A DNA stretch of 64,000 nucleotides from the NCBI RefSeq assembly GCF_009914755.1, contig NC_060926.1; one strand, given 5' to 3'. The position numbers were made by a program, and so were the translations under genes. The first letter of the stretch is position 1. Every line of letters starts with the position of its first letter. Positions 16,835 to 34,109 of this stretch are shown here, in pieces. Under the pieces are notes generated by a model. It searched no databases. It was not told the origin of the DNA and worked only from the letters and a program-made list of their open reading frames with translations. This DNA comes from the human T2T-CHM13v2.0 reference genome, Homo sapiens.

Positions 16835-17545
16835 ATGCTGCTTCTCCCATCAAGAGGTGGTGTCTGTTTCCCTCCCCTCCCCCTTCCGCCTGGGCTGACC
16901 CTGTGACTTACTTTAACCATAGAATGCAGAGGAAGTAATGCTTTTCCCTTCTGGGCTGGCCCCTAGGCAGCTTCTCTTTTTTTTTTTTTTTTTTTTGAGA
17001 CGAAGTTTCTTGTTGCCCAGACTGGAGTGCAATGGCAGGATCTCAGCTCACCGCAAGCTCTGCCTCCTGGGTTCAAGCGATATTCCTGCCTCTGCCTCCT
17101 GAGTAGCTGGGATTACAGGTGCCTGCCACCACACCCAGCTAATTTTTTATATTTCAATTAGAGACGGGGTTTCACCATGTTGGCCAGGCTGGTCTAGAAC
17201 TCCTGACCTTCAGGTGATCCACCCACCTCAGCCTCCCAAAGTGCTGGGATTACAAGCATGATAGGCAGCTTCTCTTAACTCTCCCAGAGCTCTGAGCCAC
17301 CAGGTAGAGTCCAAATGCCCCATTGGAGAGGGAGACCTGGTCAGCCTCCAATCCCTCTGGCCACTCCGCAGAGCCCATCTAAGATGCCCCAGGGGATTGC
17401 CTCCAACCACACCTCATAGAACTGAGGCAAGCCCTGCCCACCCAAGCCCTGCCCAAAATGCAGGCTCGAGAGCAAATGGATGGCTGTGGCCTTACGCCAC
17501 TGAGGTGTGGGCTGGTTTGTTTCATACAAATGGAAAAATGATACG
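16835..17545. mobile_element. MLT1-type MaLR LTR with Alu insertion (~16977-17262)
   Basis: tcccatcaagaggtggtgtctgtttccctcccc...gtgacttactttaaccatagaatgcagaggaagt and aagccctgcccaaaatgcagg. The Alu is flanked by the TSD taggcagcttctct. Confidence 0.7.
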
Positions 17546-19119
17546 CTGGGCCCTGTGGATCTGGGTTTTGCTATTGGGAATAATAAGGGCTCATTTCATG
17601 GTTGTGGTGAAGCTTAGGTTCAGGTGAGTTTAGCTTCTCAGGGATGATGGCTCTCATGACCTAAGTATGACTCTCTGTATTTTGGGTCATTGCCTACTTT
17701 CTCTCTCTTTGTAGGTTTTTAACTATGGGAGGGTAGAATTCAGCAATGCCTACAGAGACAGCATTTGAGTCACACTGTGTGAACAAAAATGCATATTTCT
17801 GCCCATGACTCTTGGGTGTTACAGGGCCCAATTAGGCCTAGTCTGGACCCCTGGGGCTTCCAGGCTGCTGAGGAGGAGGAGACAGATGTGCAGGAGATGG
17901 CCTGCCAGTTCCTCTTTTATTCTGTGAATGTTCACAGTTCCCATGTGGTGGGAACATTGATTTTTACTATGCACCAGACCCAGAGCCATGCACTGTCATC
18001 TCCCGACACTGAGAAGAAGAGACATCACCTGACCTTCTGATTGAAGAAACAGGCTTGGGAGGCTGACTGCCACAGCTGGGATTTGAGGCCAGGCCTGTAA
18101 ATTCAACAACCATACTCCGACTCTCATCCATTCCTGTCTTAAGGCCCGGCATTCCTTTCTTCACCCCACACTGGGCAAAGGTGCTGTGACCAGATGTCCT
18201 CTGCTCCCAGGATCAGCCCGGGGTCCCTGCAGAGGCAGCAGAAAGGGGCCCACTGAGTACTCAGGTGTCACCCCCTTAGCAGCCCCACAAGGGATTCCCA
18301 GCTGCTCTCGAAAGAGATCACGATGAATACTGGGGATTCACGTCTGAGAAGATGGTTTTGAGGCATGAATAGGAGTTGAAGGATGGCCAACGTAGAGGGC
18401 GGAATTGAGCCAGAGGGAAAGCGTGTGCACACATGTTTATCACAGTTTATCTTGGGATCAGCAGCGCTGAACGAGGGAAGCAGTGAGCAGAGGACAGAGT
18501 TAAGCTGTGAGGCCTCAGTGGATCCTATATGAGCTCAGGGCCAGGCTGGTGCTCCAAGTTGTCCAGAATTTGGGCAGGGGTTCAAGCCTTTCTATACCAC
18601 CTTGACCAGTCATGGACAGATGTGGTTGCCCTGGGGAAGGGACATCACTTTGGGCAAAGCAGCTCAGCTGAGTCCTGGAGAGGGACCTGTCAGTGTTATC
18701 ACCTGCCAAGGCTCCCTGCAGCAGGGGCTTGAGTGCCGCAGCTGGAGAGGGACACTTTGGCTGGACATGACAGCACCCACCACGCTCTCCAAGCTCAGAA
18801 TCTTTGTTTATGGAATGAAGATGATGATGCCTCCCTGATGGAGCCGTTGGGAGCATTAAGACAGTGATGGAGCGTGCAGGGCAGGCTTGCCTGGCTTCTC
18901 TAAGGCACTTTGCTTTTCAGCCCTGGGTCAGCAGTCTCGCTTTAATTTCTTCTTGAGTGTTCAACAGCATGTGGTTCATCAAAAGCCCTGTGTGCTGGTA
19001 AGGATTACATTCTCTGCAAGTAACAGAAACCCCAAAATGAAGTGGCTTAGAAGAGATAGAGGCTTATTTCTCCCTCAAGTTCCAGAAGTCTAGAGTTCAT
19101 GTCACCCGCTAAGGTACCC

Positions 19120-20015
19120 TCTTGGCACATACGGCTGTTGAGCACTTGAGATCTGGCTGGTCTGCATCGAGGTGTGCTGGAAATGTAAAACCTGTATATA
19201 AAAAAGGAATGTAACCTAGCCCCTCAGTAATTCTTATACAGATCATATAATAAATAACAATTTGAATGTATTTGGTTAGATACAATATTATTATGAAAAT
19301 TAATTTTACATTTATTTTTACTTTTTTTTTTTTCTGAGACAGCGTCTTGCTCTGTCGCCCAGGCTGGAGTGCAATGGCGCGATCTCGGCTCACCACTACC
19401 TCCGCCTCCTGGGTTCAAGCAATTCTCCTTGCCTTAGCCTCCCGAGTAGCTGGGATTACAGGTGCCCTGCCACCACACCCGGCTAATTTTTGTATTTTTA
19501 ATAGAGTTGGGGTTTCACCATGTTGGCCAGGCTGGTCTTGAACTCCTGACCTCAGGTGATCCACTGGCCTCGGCTTCTAAAAGTGCTGGGATTACAGGCG
19601 TGAGCCACCGCGCCTGGCGTATTTTTACTTTTTAAACATTTACATACATGGCTGGTATTTGTGGCTTGCATTATATTCTTTCTTTTTTTTTTTTTTTTTT
19701 GACAGAGTTTCTCTCTTATCGCCCAGGCTGGAATATAATGGCACAATCTTGGCTCACTGCAACCTCCACCTCCCGGTTTCAAGCGATTCTCCTGCCTCAG
19801 CTTCCTGAGTAGCTAGGATTACAGGTGCCCACCACCGTACCCGACTAATTATTTTTTGTATTTTTAGTAGAGATGGGGTTTCGCCATGTTGGCCAGGCTG
19901 ATCTCAAACTCCTGACCTCAGGTGATCCGCCCGCCTCGGCCTCCCAAAGTGCTGGGATGACAGGCACGAGCCACTGTGCCCAGCCGCTTGCATTATATTC
20001 TTATTGGATGCAATT
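19120..20015. mobile_element. MER3/MER33-like hAT MITE split by two minus-strand Alus (19322-19618, 19683-19985)
   Basis: ggctgttgagcacttgagatctggct...gtgtgctggaaatgtaaaa. Alu TSDs tatttttactttt and gcttgcattatattctt. Confidence 0.7.
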
Positions 20016-20025
20016 TGTCCCAGAG

Positions 20026-20220
20026 CAGCGGTTTCTCAACCAGAGGTTGTTTTGCCCCCAGAGGACAATGGCAATCTGGTGGGTGGGAGTGCTATTGGTG
20101 TATGGTGGGTGGAGGCCGGGGATGCTGTTGAACATCCTATAATGCATAGAACAGCCCCCACAACAAAGAATTATCCAGCCCACAATGTCAGTAGGACTCA
20201 GGTTAGGAAACCCTGGTCTA
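20026..20220. mobile_element. MER20 hAT-Charlie MITE
   Basis: cagcggtttctcaacc...tttgcccccagaggaca...gggtggaggccggggatgctgttgaacatcctataatgcatagaacagcccc...gaaaccctg. Confidence 0.85.
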
Positions 20221-21043
20221 AAGGTAATAGGTTGTACAATGGAAGGGAAGCCTTCTGATGCCATGTTTGTTTGCCAGGTGAACCTTCCATTTGCCGGGTC
20301 GTGGCACAGTCTGAAATGGCTGCTGGAGCTCCAGCCACTATGACAGTATTCCTGCCAGCCACAGGCTGAAGGAATGGGAGAAAAGGGCATACCTCTCTCT
20401 GAGGAAGATGGACACACCACTTCTGCTTTTTTCCTATTGACTAGCACATAGTCACCTGGCCTCCCCCTTGCTATACGGGAGGGAGGCTGGGGAATGTAGT
20501 CCTTATTGGAGTGGCATGTGCCCAGCCAAAAAGCAGAGGTTCTTACTGAGGAAGATGGGAGAATGGATTTGAGGGGGAAACTAGTACCGGCCATACTCTG
20601 CCAGGGGCACCAGGCGTGGAATGTTATTCCCATTTTACAGATGAAGAAACCGAGGCACTTTGGTGAGGGGACTTGCCAAGACACAGAGTGAATGACAGAC
20701 CCAGGCAGGAACTGAGGCCTCCCGACTACTGACCGTCTCTTCATACCTTGCTGTCCTGCAAACTTGGCTCCATCACATTTGTATCCTTGAACCCTATTTT
20801 CCAATGGCCCATATTGTCATCTCAGATGTGGTTCATCTTCATGTCTGATCCTAGCTTCTCAAGAGAGGAGAATGACTTTTCCAAGATGTTTCTTCAAATT
20901 CAGATAAAGTCCCACGTGGCCTTCAGAGGATCACCCCAAGCTCAGTTTCTACGCTTTAGCAAATGTACATGGTCACATGAGATGTTAACAGAGGGGGAAA
21001 CTTGGGGAAGGGGATATGAGAATTCTGTTTATTATATTGCTAA

Positions 21044-21685
<642 letters not shown>

Positions 21686-21791
21686 TAGGCATGAGCCACC
21701 GTGCCTGGCCTACATATGAGATATATATGTATATATACACACACACCCCCACCTACTCAGGGGTATAGCAACTCCTCCTAGACTGGGTGGG

Positions 21792-21792
<1 letters not shown>

Positions 21793-21840
<48 letters not shown>

Positions 21841-21857
21841 CATAGATAGATAGATAG
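21793..21857. repeat. (GATA)n tetranucleotide STR with one GACA interruption
   Basis: Read directly from the sequence. Confidence 0.95.
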
Positions 21858-22235
21858 CTCCCATCCAACCTGGGCTATTTGGTGCATGACAAAATAGAGA
21901 GAGAGAAAGAGAGACAGAGAGAGAGCGCATGCTGGATTGTGAAGTACAGTGGTGTGAGCTTGCTCACTGCCCCCTCAAATTCCCCGACTCAAGCAATCCC
22001 TACACCTCAGCCTCCCAAGCAGCTGAAACTACAGGCGCATACCACCACACCTAGCTAATTTTGTTTATTTTTTACAGATGGTGTTTCACTATGTTGTGCA
22101 GGCTGGTCTCAAACTACTGGAGTCAAGTGATCTCCTGCCTCAGCCTCCCAAAGTGCTGGGATTATGGGCATGAACCACTACACCTGGCCATATGTTTGTG
22201 TGTGTATATATTTTTTTTTTTCAAAAAAGATGGGG

Positions 22236-22640
22236 TGTATTAGTCCATTCTCGCATTGCTATAAAGAAATACCTGAGATTAGGTAATTTATAAAGAAAAG
22301 AGGTTTAATTGGCTCATGGTTCTGCAGGCTGTACAGGAAGCATAACATCTTCTTCTTGGCGTCCACTGAGGCCTCAGGAAACTTCCAATCCTGGAAGGCA
22401 AAGGGGGAGTGAGACGTTTCACATGGCCAGAGGAGGAGGAAGAGAAAAGAGAGGGGGAAATTGCTACACACTTTTAAACAACCAGATCTCGTGATAACTC
22501 ATTCACTCACTATCACGAGAGTAGCACCAAGGGGATGGTACTAACCCGTTCCTGAGAACTCCACCCACTTCCAGCACTGGGGAGCGGGAAATTACGATTT
22601 GACATGAGATTTGGTGGGCACATAGATCCAAGCCCTATCA
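22236..22640. mobile_element. MaLR solo LTR (MSTA/MSTB) inserted into an Alu monomer
   Basis: tgtattagtccattctcgcattgctataaagaaatacctgag...agccctatca with TG..CA ends. 5-bp TSD-like tgggg/ggggg. Alu sequence resumes directly after. Confidence 0.85.
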
Positions 22641-24671
22641 GGGGGTCTCACTGTATTGCCCAAGCTGGTCTTGACTCCTGGCCTCAAGCAATCCTTCTGC
22701 CTTGAACCCCAGTCCCTCCAATGCAAAGACCCTGCTCTGACTCTCCTCCTCCTCCCTCTCCGGCCTAGATTGCTCCCATCAGTCCTTCCAGCAGCAGTCA
22801 AGTATTCTCATTCTGACAAGGGCTGCCCTGCTCCCTGCTCAGTAGTCACAGCGAATTGCCCTGGGTGGAGTTGGCCACATGCACTTTGGCACAGTGCCCT
22901 CCCTCTAGGGCCAAACAAACACCCTGTTATCTGCTTCACACCTCCTTCTGCAAAACGCCCTGTTACAGGTGCCAGTCTCTGCAGGGGGCCACGGGGAGCA
23001 GCTCTAACCCAGGGACTGCGGCTCCAGAGACATGGAGGAAAGCAGTGAGTGAGACTACACAAAGCCCCTGGCTGGGGGCACGGCTGAGGCCAAGGAGGGA
23101 GAAAACACAAGTGCTCCCCATTCATTAGCCCGCTTAACTCTCAACATCCTAGGGAGGTAGATGTCATCACACCCACTTCACTGATGAGAACACCGAGCCC
23201 CTGAGATTCAACAACTTGTCCAAACTTGCACAGCTGGAGGACGGTAGAGCCAGGACAGGGCCCAGGGTGGTCCGGCTTGAAAACCCAGGCCCCATCTGCT
23301 GTACCAAGCTGAAAGGACAGGTCAGACAAGAAGTTGGAAGAATTTTCTTGAAGAATTCGACACACTGGGGGCTCCCCAGCGAAAGAGCACAGCCAGATCA
23401 CCCTATAGTGACAATGTGTCAACAGCCCCTCCCATACACTCTGAGCTACCAGGGCAGCTCCCAATATGAGCAGGTAATCGTGGATTGCTCAACACGTGAA
23501 AAGGGGCTCTACCATAAGAGATAGAGACCAAAACACAAATGCAGTCATGGGGTGTTGGGGACCAGAATCAAATGGGAGGAACTAGAGACTGCACACAGAG
23601 AGAAGACATTAAGAATCTGTCAGGAGCCGGGTGCGGTGGCTCATTCCTGTAATCCCAGCACTTTGGGAGGCTGAGGTGGGTTGGATCACTTGAGGCCAGG
23701 AGTTTGAGACCAGTCTGGTCCACATGGCAAAACCCTGTCTCTACTAAAAATACAAAAAAATTAGCTGGGCATGGTGGTGCACACCTGTACTCCCAGCTAC
23801 TCGGGAGCCTGAGGCACGAGAATCGCTAGAACCAGGAGGTGGAGGTTGTGGTGAGCTGAGATCACACCACTGCACTCTAGCCTGGGTGACAGAGTGAGAC
23901 CCTGTCTCAAGGAAAAAAAAAAAAAAGAATCTATTGGGTATTGGGGCCAAACACAGTGGCTCACACCTGTAACCTCAGTGCTTTAGGAGGCTGGGGCAGG
24001 AGGATCTCTTGAGGCCAGGAGTTCAAGACCATCCTAGGCAACATAGTGAGACCTGTCTCTACCAAAAAAAAAAAAAATTTAAAAAGGAATCTCTTAGTGT
24101 TGGCATTGGCCATCCCTGAGCTCTAGCTCAGGAAGGCAATGGATGGTCACTGTGTCCTTTGGGCCAGCCCTCATGAATAGCACACACACTATGCACTGCA
24201 GCAGCTCTCCAGCATATGGTTGCAGAGTTTGTGCTCTGCAAGAAGCACTAGCCAAGGTGGGGGCTAGGAGACCCGAAGTTCAGCCCGTGCTCCTCTCACC
24301 AAGCCATGTACCTGGCATGGGGCTGCACCACCTAGAGGAAAATCACCAAAAGTACCACCTGCTCATTCATCTGAGTGCCCATGTCTGTACCCACCTGGGG
24401 CCACACAGGCTGTTAAGTTTCTGTACTTTTTACACCTCAGCTCTTTGCCTCTCTACTGTTCCCACTTCCTAGAGCACTTGCTCCTCAGTGTCCTCCTCCC
24501 TGGCCCTAGTTTGCCTAACTGACTTTCATGAGGTTCAGCTCAGCATCACCTCCTCCAGGAAGCCTTCCCTACCCGCCCAGAAGAGTAGGCCAGGTGCTCC
24601 TCTCCTTCACTCTAAGCTCTGTAGATGTTGGTTCAGTACAACCTCACAGCCCCACAAGTCCAGGCTTAAGA

Positions 24672-26197
24672 TGTCACAGGATCCTTAGGGTGTTGCTTCA
24701 CCAGCCAGAGACCTCTGTGGCTGGTGGCACCTCTGCTTGGGTTTTGCTTGCACCTGCTGGGCTCATTCCTCCCACTCAGCCTGGCAGGCTGCATTCGGCT
24801 TGCACTACCAGCCTGGATCCCACACCTGCTAAGGGTGGGATCCCACACCTGCAGGTGGGAGTGTTGAGGGGTGTGTGAGCAAGCGAGTGTGGGGTCCGGC
24901 CACTGCTCACAGCCAGGGGCACCAACTGTGGCAGGGAGGGCATCTCCAGGCGCTGGGTCCATGCCAGGCTGAGGGTGGACTAGACATACCACAAGTGGCT
25001 TCTGCTGCGGGCACCAGCATCTGGACAGGGGGAATGTAATGGCACCTGAAAGCTCGGAGACACTGGGAACTGCAGAGCCCCAAAGAGGGTGTTAGAGCCT
25101 GTCACAGTCCTGGTTTGGGGAGCCCTGAGGTCTGGGCTCCCAGAAGGGCCACAGCTCTTCTCTCCTTCTTGTTGCCCATAATGTGGTGAGCAGGGGACAT
25201 GCTTCAGTCTTGTTTGTTCTACAACTCTTTCAGTCCCAGTATTCATTGGATTGCAAGTTCTTGTACTGCATCTAGGAAGAATGAGGTATGCAGACAACTG
25301 GAGGGTTAGCAAGGCAGAGAGGAGCGTCACTGAACAACAGAACAGCTCTCAGGAGACCCAAAGTGGGTAGCTCCTTTCCGCAGGCAGGTCATCCCCACCT
25401 GTGTGTGAGTCTGGCTGAGTCTGGGGTTTTTATGCGCTCAGAATGGACGAAGTGCATGCTGATTGGTCCATGGTCAACCATGGGCAGGCCTGGAAAAAGC
25501 ACCATCCAGTTGGCCAAATGGTCATCAATGAAGTTCTCACTCTGTGCTGTGGACTTCCTCCAGAACTGGCAGCCTTGCCCCCAGGCTTCAGGCCATCCCT
25601 GGCCTGTAGGTGGAGTTTCACCAAGGACCCATCCTTCCCACCTAGGAACCTGTCTGCTTCCTGCTGTCATCAACATGTCATCCACGGTGCCCAGGCTGTT
25701 CACACTAAGGGGCAACTGCAGGCCCTTGCTGAGCTGCCCTCAGGCCCCTGGCCTCCCTCCCATGCTCGTCAGTGCCCAAGGTCTGGAGGGGGCTGAGGTG
25801 AGGAGGGGGCTGGTGTGTCAGCTCTGTGCCAAGCATGTGCACAGCCAGCTGGGTTGCAACAGCACCTGGGCACAGCCACAACTTTGCTCCAGAATCACAG
25901 CAGGCCCCGGGAGTGAGAAGAGGCCTGAGAGCAGGAGCAGGCACTTCTGAGCCTGTGGGGGCCAGGAGATTCTCAGGCCCCTGAGAGTACAGGGATGCCC
26001 CGGTTTGAAGCTGTGGCTGGGTGGCTGCATCCATGCCTGGGAGTACAGGGGTCCCACCCTGCCAACTCAGTAGGGGGCAGGCCTCCCACCTGTTCCTGCC
26101 CCACCAGCTCTGGAGAGAGCATAGCCCCACCTGCACCACCCCTGCTGCAGCTGGTGTCCCCACAGCGGCTTCTCCAGATGGGCTGCCACTGCCATCA
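24672..26197 (-). mobile_element. Solo ERV1 LTR, MER52 family
   Basis: TG...CA termini (tgtcacaggatccttagggtg...gccactgccatca), ~1.5 kb, GC-rich. 4-bp TSD AAGA at 24668-24671 and 26198-26201. The minus-strand start TGATGGCAGTGGC matches the recalled MER52 consensus. Confidence 0.85.
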
Positions 26198-27213
26198 AAG
26201 AGAGAAGAGAGGACAAAGCTTGCCAAGAAATGAGGTTGAGCTTGGGAATAAGACAAGCCTGGCTTCAAGTTTGCCTTTGTTACTTACTAGTTCTGAGACC
26301 TTGTTTAGTCCGTTTTTTTATTGTTGTTTTTGTTTTGTTTTTTGGGGTTTTTCTGTTTTTTGTTTTTTTGGAGAGAGGGTTTCTGTCATGCAGGCAGGAG
26401 TGCAGTGGCACAGTCATGGCTCACTGCAGCGTCAACCTCCTGGACTCAGGTGATCCTCCTACCTCAGCCTCCTGAGTAGCTGGGACTACAGGTGCATGCC
26501 ATTATGCATGGCTAAGTTTTATATTTTTTGTAGAGACAGGGGTTTCACTATGTTGCCTAGGCTGGTCTGAAACTCCTGGGCTCCAGTGATCCACACACCT
26601 TGGCCTCCCAAAGTGCTGGGATTAGAGGCGTGAGCCACTGCACCTACCTTTGATTAGAGTCTTAACCTCATTTATCTTGACTTTCTTCCATGTGAAATGG
26701 GACTACTTCCCAGGGAAGTTTTAAGGTTCACGTGAGATATTGTGAATGAAGTGCCCGGCACAGCACCAAATACGCACTAGGTGCTCAGTTAATGTTTGCT
26801 TCTCTTCCTTGGGTTCAGTCCTACCCAAAAGCATGGATGGCGTGTGTGTGTCTGTTGCCTGCCGAGCATGGTCTGATATTGGAGAAACGTAGTCTATGCC
26901 CCCGCTGAGATCAGAGAACAGCAGCTGTCCTTGGACTGCTCCTACTGTGCTGCCTCCAGTGGTCAGAGGCAGGGATGCCATTCCTCATTGCCTTTTCTGT
27001 GAATGCAGCAGGCACTTGCCACGGTTGCCTAGAATCTTTTGTGCTCTTCCCCATGCTTTGTTGACAGATATTTCATTAAATCTAAGCTGCCATCAATTGT
27101 AAGATGCATCATTATTTTATGGAGCAGTAAGAGGAAATGCAGACAGTTAAACACAGGCATAATGCTTTCTTATCATTTAGCATTTGTATTTTGTTCTTGA
27201 AAGATCTCATTTA

Positions 27214-27417
<204 letters not shown>

Positions 27418-27458
27418 TTAGGCATCAACTTGAGCCTGGAAGTTTGAAGATGCAGTGA

Positions 27459-27957
<499 letters not shown>

Positions 27958-28360
27958 TAGGCGGTGCGCTGGGCCCTGATGAGCATTGGCGTTGCAGCAT
28001 TTTTGAAGAGAGTGCTTCACCGTTGGCCCAGGATTTCCTTCCAAGCCGCTGATGCCCCCTCTGCACTCTTTCAATGCAGATGCTCTCTTGGTCTTAGGCA
28101 GAGATTTCATGTGTGTGCAGGCAATGTCAACCACATTACCAAACTGCCAAATGGCAGAGGCATCACCAACTGTCAGAAGCATCCTGATTTCAGAGACATG
28201 AAAATGTGGGGAAAATGTGTGTTTTAGAATCAGTGAAATACACTGGCTCCCCAAAACTGTGAATCCTGTCTTTTTCTTAAGGTCAAAATTTGGTAAGCTA
28301 CATTTCCCAGCCTCCCTTGCAGGCAGTGACCCAACTTCCGTCAATAAGATGCACCCATAG

Positions 28361-28886
<526 letters not shown>

Positions 28887-29472
28887 TAAGATCTTTTATT
28901 TCCTTTTTCCTTGTTAACAAAACCCTGATTTTACGGGGTGTCAGCAGTGTGTGCCCAGCTAAAAAAAAATCTGTATTTCCTAGGCTCCTCAATGAGAGGG
29001 CTAACCACATGACTAAATTCTGGCCAATGAGATGTAAGAAGAAGTTGATGGGCGGAGCTTTGGGGGAAGATTCCATAGCAGGTGAGCTGGCCTCAGTGTG
29101 TCCCCCAAGGTAAGGTCCCTCAGATGTGTTGTATGGGTCAGCTTCCCAAACTAGGGTTTCCTTTTATTATTGTTAGTTGTTGCCATAGGGCACATATTTG
29201 AGGGAAGTAGCTTCAAAAACAAAATCACACCCTGAAATATTTATTTGGAATTCTGGTAAGGCAACAAAAATATGAAGCTTGAGGTTTCCTGCTGTTTATT
29301 GATAACCTCCACGGGAGACAGGGGACATTCTTTTGGTTCTGTACACAGGTTTGTACATAGCATGTTTGTACACAATCCCCATTCAGCATGATAGGAGTCT
29401 CTAGGCACAAATTGGCCACGTGTTTCTGTAGATAATGTTAGTGCAGAAAAGATTTGACAGGCTAGAAGCTGA

Positions 29473-29813
<341 letters not shown>

Positions 29814-30590
29814 TAAATTTTGAATTATATGACCACTGACTTTTGTTTTATTTTGTATTTTCAAGCTTTGTCACTGAATTCTTTAATGTCTGTCTTACAG
29901 AAAACCCGTATTTGTAACTCCACAAATGCTGATTTTCCTCACATTTGTCCTGTACCCCTTTTGGTACCCTCAGAAGTTGATTTTGGTTTTCATGATGGGA
30001 CTGTTTCTTAGTGTTTTGAATTGGAATAGTTTTGCCTCCTGAAGCTTTAAAATATGGTTATAAGTTTTTTTGCAGATTAGGTGGTCCTGTGTAGCATTTG
30101 TTGCAACATGCCATGCCTGTTTAACACTGGATACAGCACTGGCTCATTACATTCTGTTGAACCTAGTGGTGAAATCTGGGTAGGATTGTTCCCACCTAAA
30201 AGTTCCTAATACTTTATACAAATACATTTTATAGCAAAGGAAGATGGGAGAGAGAGCCAAATCAGTTGACCAGCCTCCTTTTGCCCTTGCCTTTTCTGCT
30301 TCCTCCCTGCTTTGAAGGGAGATGTGAAGGCTGGAGCTCAGGCAGCCATGTTGGGAAAGCTAGATGCCCATTCTAACGTTGAGCAGAAATACAAAAGGAG
30401 CCTGAATCCCTGGAGACATCATGGAGCCATCACTTCAGCCTTGGATTACCCATCAGATCCTAGTTGATACTAATCGATCCCAATTTGGTATCTCAAAGGG
30501 GGGCTGCAAGTTACAGAAATCTGCAGTTTGGGAATTGGCTGAATGGAGAAGGTTGGGTTTGGGGCTGTAAAGGTTAAGTTGTGGTGAGCT

Positions 30591-30746
30591 GAAAGGAAGG
30601 GGAAGGGAGGAAGGGAAAAGAGAAGGAAAGGAAAGGAAAGGAAAGGAAAGGAAAGGAAAGGAAAGGAAAGGAAAGGAAAGGAAAGGAAAGGAAAGGAAAG
30701 GAAAGGAAAGGAAGGAGGGAGGAAGGAAGGAAGGAAGGAAGGAAGG
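30591..30746. repeat. Polypurine (GGAAA)n / (GGAA)n repeat
   Basis: A pure GGAAA run at ~30624-30713 followed by GGAA units. Confidence 0.95.
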
Positions 30747-31274
30747 AGTTTTCTGCCCACTGGGAAGATCTAATTAAGGGTGTTGCCTTTCCACCTGGAC
30801 TTATTGTTTCAAATGACCTCAAGGCATGGGCAGAGGGGGATGGGCAAAGGGCAGAGATCATCAGTTACAGAGCCCCAAATTTTCAGACTAAAAAAAATAT
30901 TTTTACAGTAAGTATAATAGTGATGGGATTAGCATCCAGAATATATTAAGACTATCCATAAATCAATGAGAATGCAACAAACCACCCAGTCACATAATGG
31001 GCAACAGAATTGAAAGGACATTTGCTCAGAAGAGGGAACACAAATTGCCTGTAAATACATCAAACATAGCTCAACCTCATTAGTAATCAGGAAAATGAAA
31101 ATTCTGGCCCTGAGATAAGATTTCAGTCAAAAGACTGGCAAAAATTTTCAGAAGACATCAAGTATCGGCCAGGATATGATGGTGTACATTGATGTAACAC
31201 TGCAGAAAATAGTCTATCAGGAAACAGTCAAACACGTACATACTCCATGACCCAGTGATTCCACTCCTAAATAC

Positions 31275-32360
<1,086 letters not shown>

Positions 32361-33839
32361 TTAGCAGTGAAAATGGAATCAATGTAGCCACTGCATCAAC
32401 ATGGTTCAATCTGAGAAGCATAATGTTGAAAGGAAAAACTCAAGTTGTAGGAGGATTTTTTTTCTATTTGTAGAAAGTGCAAAAAGGGGAAAAACTCAAC
32501 AATATAATAGAAAGAAATATGTAAATATGTGGGAAAATGTAAAGAAAAGTAAAGGAATGGTTAATACAAAATCAAGATTTAAGTCCCCCTGGGGAGAGAG
32601 AGAGGATGTGACTGGAGAGGGGACCCGGGCTTCTAAATTGTATGTTCTGTTTCTTAACCTAAGTGTGGGGGGTGGAGTGAGAACATGGGGGTTTGTTTTC
32701 ATTTTGAAATGTCTATATCTATGATATGCACTCTTTTATGTATGATGCATTTCACAATCAAAACAAAACAATCAAAAGAAAACAAAATCAATCACAATCA
32801 AAACAAAACAAAAAAACCTGGGAGAAGCAAGCTATTGGCCTGTGGTTACTTGCATGTAGATTTGACCAGAGTAATATACCCTGCAAGCAAACTTACTATA
32901 TTACAAAAAAATAGAAAATCAAAGGCTGGCCACATGGCTCTGACCCTGAACTCATGCCAACAGGAAGCCTATTGCAAAAGCCCTAATTATGGTTTCTGGG
33001 AGGGGCATGTCCTCAATGCCCACACCAGCCGTGGCCCGGAGGGATAATGGGCCAGGAAGATCCCCATGGATGGCACACCCAGGAGTGCCTCATGAGCTGG
33101 CCAAGGGGACTCACTCCACTGCCCAGGCAGCAAGGCTTCAGGATGTGATCACATTCTGGGGTGGTGATTGTGATGTATTTCCTAGTGTCTCTTTTTTGAA
33201 TGAGTTTTTGTTGTGGATGCCCCATTCTTTCTCTACCACTGTATTTTAGGTGTGTTTGGGACAGATGATTTATCTTTCAGATTATGAGTTGCAGGTCCCT
33301 AACAAGATACATCCCCCTCTGATGGAGAGGACAACACACCACCCAGGGACCCTGGACTTTGAGCTGGTTACAGTCACTGGATGACAGGTGGGCAGGGCAC
33401 ATGTGTTCTGTGGATGGGAAGGGCACATGATGGGTGATAGATGGCCCAGGGAGAAGACAGAGTGGAGACTGCTCTTGGTCACCAGTATAAACATCCCCTT
33501 TCTTCCTTATTAATCAAATCCTGATTTTGTTGGGGGAACAATGTGCTTAGCTAAAACAAACACAAAAACTGTATTTAGCAGTCTTCCTAGCAGTTGGGCA
33601 ACCATGTGACAAGGTCCTGACCAATGAAATCACGTGAAATTTGAGTGATGCTTCAGGGAAAGCGTCTTAAAAATATATATATAACTCAGCTAACAAGTGC
33701 CCTTCTGCCCTCGCCTTCTTTCTGTTGTCTGGAACGTAGACATGAATGTTGAAACTGCAGCAGAAATCTTGTGGTCATGAGGCATTCTTTTTTTTTTTTT
33801 TTTTCTGAGACAGAGTTTCGCTCTTGTTGCCCAGGCTGA

Positions 33840-34100
<261 letters not shown>

Positions 34101-34109
34101 TGATAGAAA

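Noticed and set aside
20001-20804. 267-aa minus-strand ORF
   Set aside because: It runs across MIR, MLT1 and MER20 fragments; a chance open frame.
25288-26268. 220-aa and 187-aa ORFs
   Set aside because: They lie inside the GC-rich MER52 LTR and resemble no protein family.
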